Of a stretch of 64,000 bases of DNA, positions 61,579-64,000 are shown one piece after another. The stretch covers positions 21,204,001-21,268,000 of the forward strand of contig NC_134472.1 in NCBI RefSeq assembly GCF_964194025.1. Reading direction: 5' to 3'. The stretch is from Convolutriloba macropyga (Eukaryota). Position 1 is the stretch's first letter, and the number at the start of each line of letters is the position of its first letter. A program made the position numbers and the translations under genes. Under the pieces are notes generated by a model. That model did not search any database. It was not told where the DNA came from and saw only the letters and a list, made by a program, of their open reading frames with translations.

Positions 61579-62199
61579 TAAATTTTTTTTTTGAGTTTTT
61601 TCGACTTTTATGCATGAAATCAACACTGGAAAAGACAGTCTAATAATTCTTGCTGCCTGTCTAAAGGCTGTGTCTGTTTTGCCTTTGAATAACGTAACAG
61701 TTACGCTATTTTCGCTTAGAAACATAATTCCTAAATGTCTCTTCAGGCGGGGTATTAACCGAAACTTGAATATGAGAACTTGAATATGCGGGTTATCCCA
61801 GAGAGTAAGGGACTAACAGTTTGCTTTGCTTTGCTTTGCGTCAACACCGAGCGGGGAATTTTTCAGTTTAATTATTGCAAATAAACTAACATTTAAACTT
61901 TGTCAGAATAGTCACTAAAGAAATTTAAGTTCCTTACTTTAATTTGTTTGCTTTGATCGGAAATCTTCCACTGTTTCTTTTTTCGGGCGGCAGAATTTAT
62001 AAAGGGACTATTAGCAATCATTACAATCTTTCCAACAATGGCGTCAAAGTCATCCAGATGGACATTTATAGTATGCATTTTCTTAATTTTTTTCCTGCGC
62101 TGTAGCAAAACTCATATCCAGTGGCTGCAAATTACTCATATGGGCGCCATTAAACAATGTCGTGTTAGAGCAAGAAAACGTTTGAGGTGCTGGTAGAAT

Positions 62200-63340
62200 T
62201 TAGTTTTGAGCAAATTCATCGAAAAAGCAAGTGACAAAGTGCGAGGAATGGAATGAGACAAAGAGATAAACAGACATATTGAGAACGAGGGGAATGTAAG
62301 TCAAAGAAGAGAAATTGAGGAAAATAGAATGATGTAGACTGCCGGGACAGCGTAAGACTAAGGCGAGGGGCGAACAAGGAGTGGATAGGTGGAGAGAGTG
62401 CAATGTGAAAGTGTGAAAGAGAGTGCAAAGAACGGGTGAAGGGAAACTATGCTAACGAATCAAAAACAAAAAATTCAGAGCAAAAATTAGTGGGCAATGG
62501 ATCGAGCATTCGATCAGGCTACTCTGTGGGACCGATTGAGAGACAAAGATTGAGCAACTAGGGGGAGAAGAAGAGAGAGGGAGAGAGTGGTGTGTTGAGA
62601 CGGATGCGCAAGGCAAACAGCTGGAGAAAACAATACGAGGAAAGCACCAAGCGTTAAAGTGAGTGAGAGCAATTGAGCGAGCAGCCAATCGAGTTATTAT
62701 GTGTGGGACCAACTCAGAGACAAAACGTGAGCAAACAAGGTGAGAGGAAGGTGTGTTGCGGCAAACAGGTGATAAATAATTAGAGAAAACCAGTGTTGGT
62801 AGTACTCGAGGAAGTGCGTGACGGCGCGATTAGGGTGTGATATTGGTTGAAAGACTAAAAGCGAGCAAACAAGGGGGAAAAGGTGAAATAGAGTTGATGT
62901 AAGTGTGTCGAGATACACAACGGTAGAACACGAGTGAAAAGGGACAAGCGAAAAAAAAGAAGAAAGTGGGAGAGCGAGTGATTGAGCAATCGATAGCACT
63001 AGTGTGGGGCCGATTGAGAGACAAATCGAAAGCAAGGAACCAAAGGGAGAAGGACAGGTGGAGGACGGTTAGTTGGAGCAAGAGGTGAGTAGTATTATAG
63101 TGACCGCTAGTGGCAAATACGACTTATGATGAAGACAGCAAGAGAAAACGATTTAGTTGGTTTGTGTGTGTGTGTGAGAAAGAAAGAAAGTCAGCAAGCG
63201 AACGAGTGATCGAAAGGTCGATGGGGCTATCGTGTGGGGCCCGTTGAGAGTTAGAGAGCAACCACGCAAGGAGAGAATAAGCGATCCAGAAGGTCAACTG
63301 AGACGAGTGGCGGGAGAATTGAATGGTGAACAAATACGAG
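62200..63340 (+). repeat. Purine-rich degenerate repeat block
   Basis: Strong G/A skew; recurring gagcaatcga..tgtggg(g/a)ccgattgagagacaaa at about 62503, 62680, 62984 and 63208. Confidence 0.6.
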
Positions 63341-63379
63341 TGGTCAAAAACAGTTGATAATTCGCTATATAAGTATTAT

Positions 63380-64000
63380 ATTAAAAAAACTCACAACTGT
63401 CTGTGAAAAGAAAATTTTTACTCTTCTACAGAACTTTTATATATGAGTATTGACTTTTTACCAAATACTAACCTTTTTTACTATAAGACTATCAAGACAA
63501 AAATTAATCATAACTGATTGATAAGGGAGAATTTCACACTTCTATTGATTTCTGCAAATAAAACTTGACATATCATGAATTGAAAACCTTTTTCGCCATT
63601 AGGCCATCATACCAAAACTTATCCACAACTAATTGAAAAATGAAAATTTTTACACTGCTACTGCAGTTCTTCACAAGAAAATAGACTTTTTACCAATTAA
63701 AAACCTTTTTTTTAATATATGGTTAAAAAATAAAAGTTTTTTATAACTACTTAAGTGGTGAGAATTTTGCACTTATACTGAATTCCTACATATAAAAATT
63801 GACTTTACCAAATAAAAACCTTTTTTTACTATATGGTCAATAAAACAAAAGATTTTTATAACTACTTGAGTAGTAAGATTTTACACTTTTACTGAACTCC
63901 TACATATGAAAATTGAATTTCTACTATTTAACAACCTTTTTATAATATATGGTGCAAAAAAAAGTTTTCTTAACTACTTAAGTAGTGAGATTTTTACACT
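63380..64000 (+). repeat. AT-rich tandem repeat, ~115-120 bp unit, running off the window end
   Basis: Recurring gactttt(t)accaa..aacctttttt..tatatggt..taactactt..agtagtgaga..tttacact. Confidence 0.8.

Noticed and set aside
62200-63333. Cluster of L/S/F/H-rich ORFs on the - strand
   Set aside because: Stop-poor frames are expected from the pyrimidine-rich strand of a low-complexity block.

Overview
AT-rich eukaryotic genomic DNA, most likely from an invertebrate animal; the taxon cannot be fixed from sequence alone. Seven housekeeping genes lie on the + strand: the 3' part of a PIAS SUMO E3 ligase, NUP62, anamorsin/CIAPIN1, GEMIN6, TMEM242, glyoxalase I (GLO1) and UBE2G2. One intronless Ig-domain type I membrane protein with a Tyr-rich tail lies on the - strand. 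Non-coding DNA is dominated by at least four families of non-autonomous Helentron/HINE-like elements, which I label Z, X, W and V. They share one terminal layout: 5' hairpin containing a subterminal inverted repeat (subTIR) ... 3' subTIR, GC hairpin, YTATG, T-tract. They insert into each other at a fixed T-tract about 45-55 bp inside the host 5' end, giving nests up to three levels deep, and one subfamily carries a tRNA-derived Pol III cassette. There is also a near-full-length decayed LINE (SGNH-esterase ORF1, 2A-like peptide, APE endonuclease, RT), two older LINE relics and several tandem repeats. The main points of interest are the nested element system, the uORF/GEMIN6/TMEM242 chain of ATGA stop-start overlaps, and a PAM2-like motif in PIAS. 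All calls were read by eye; no searches were run.
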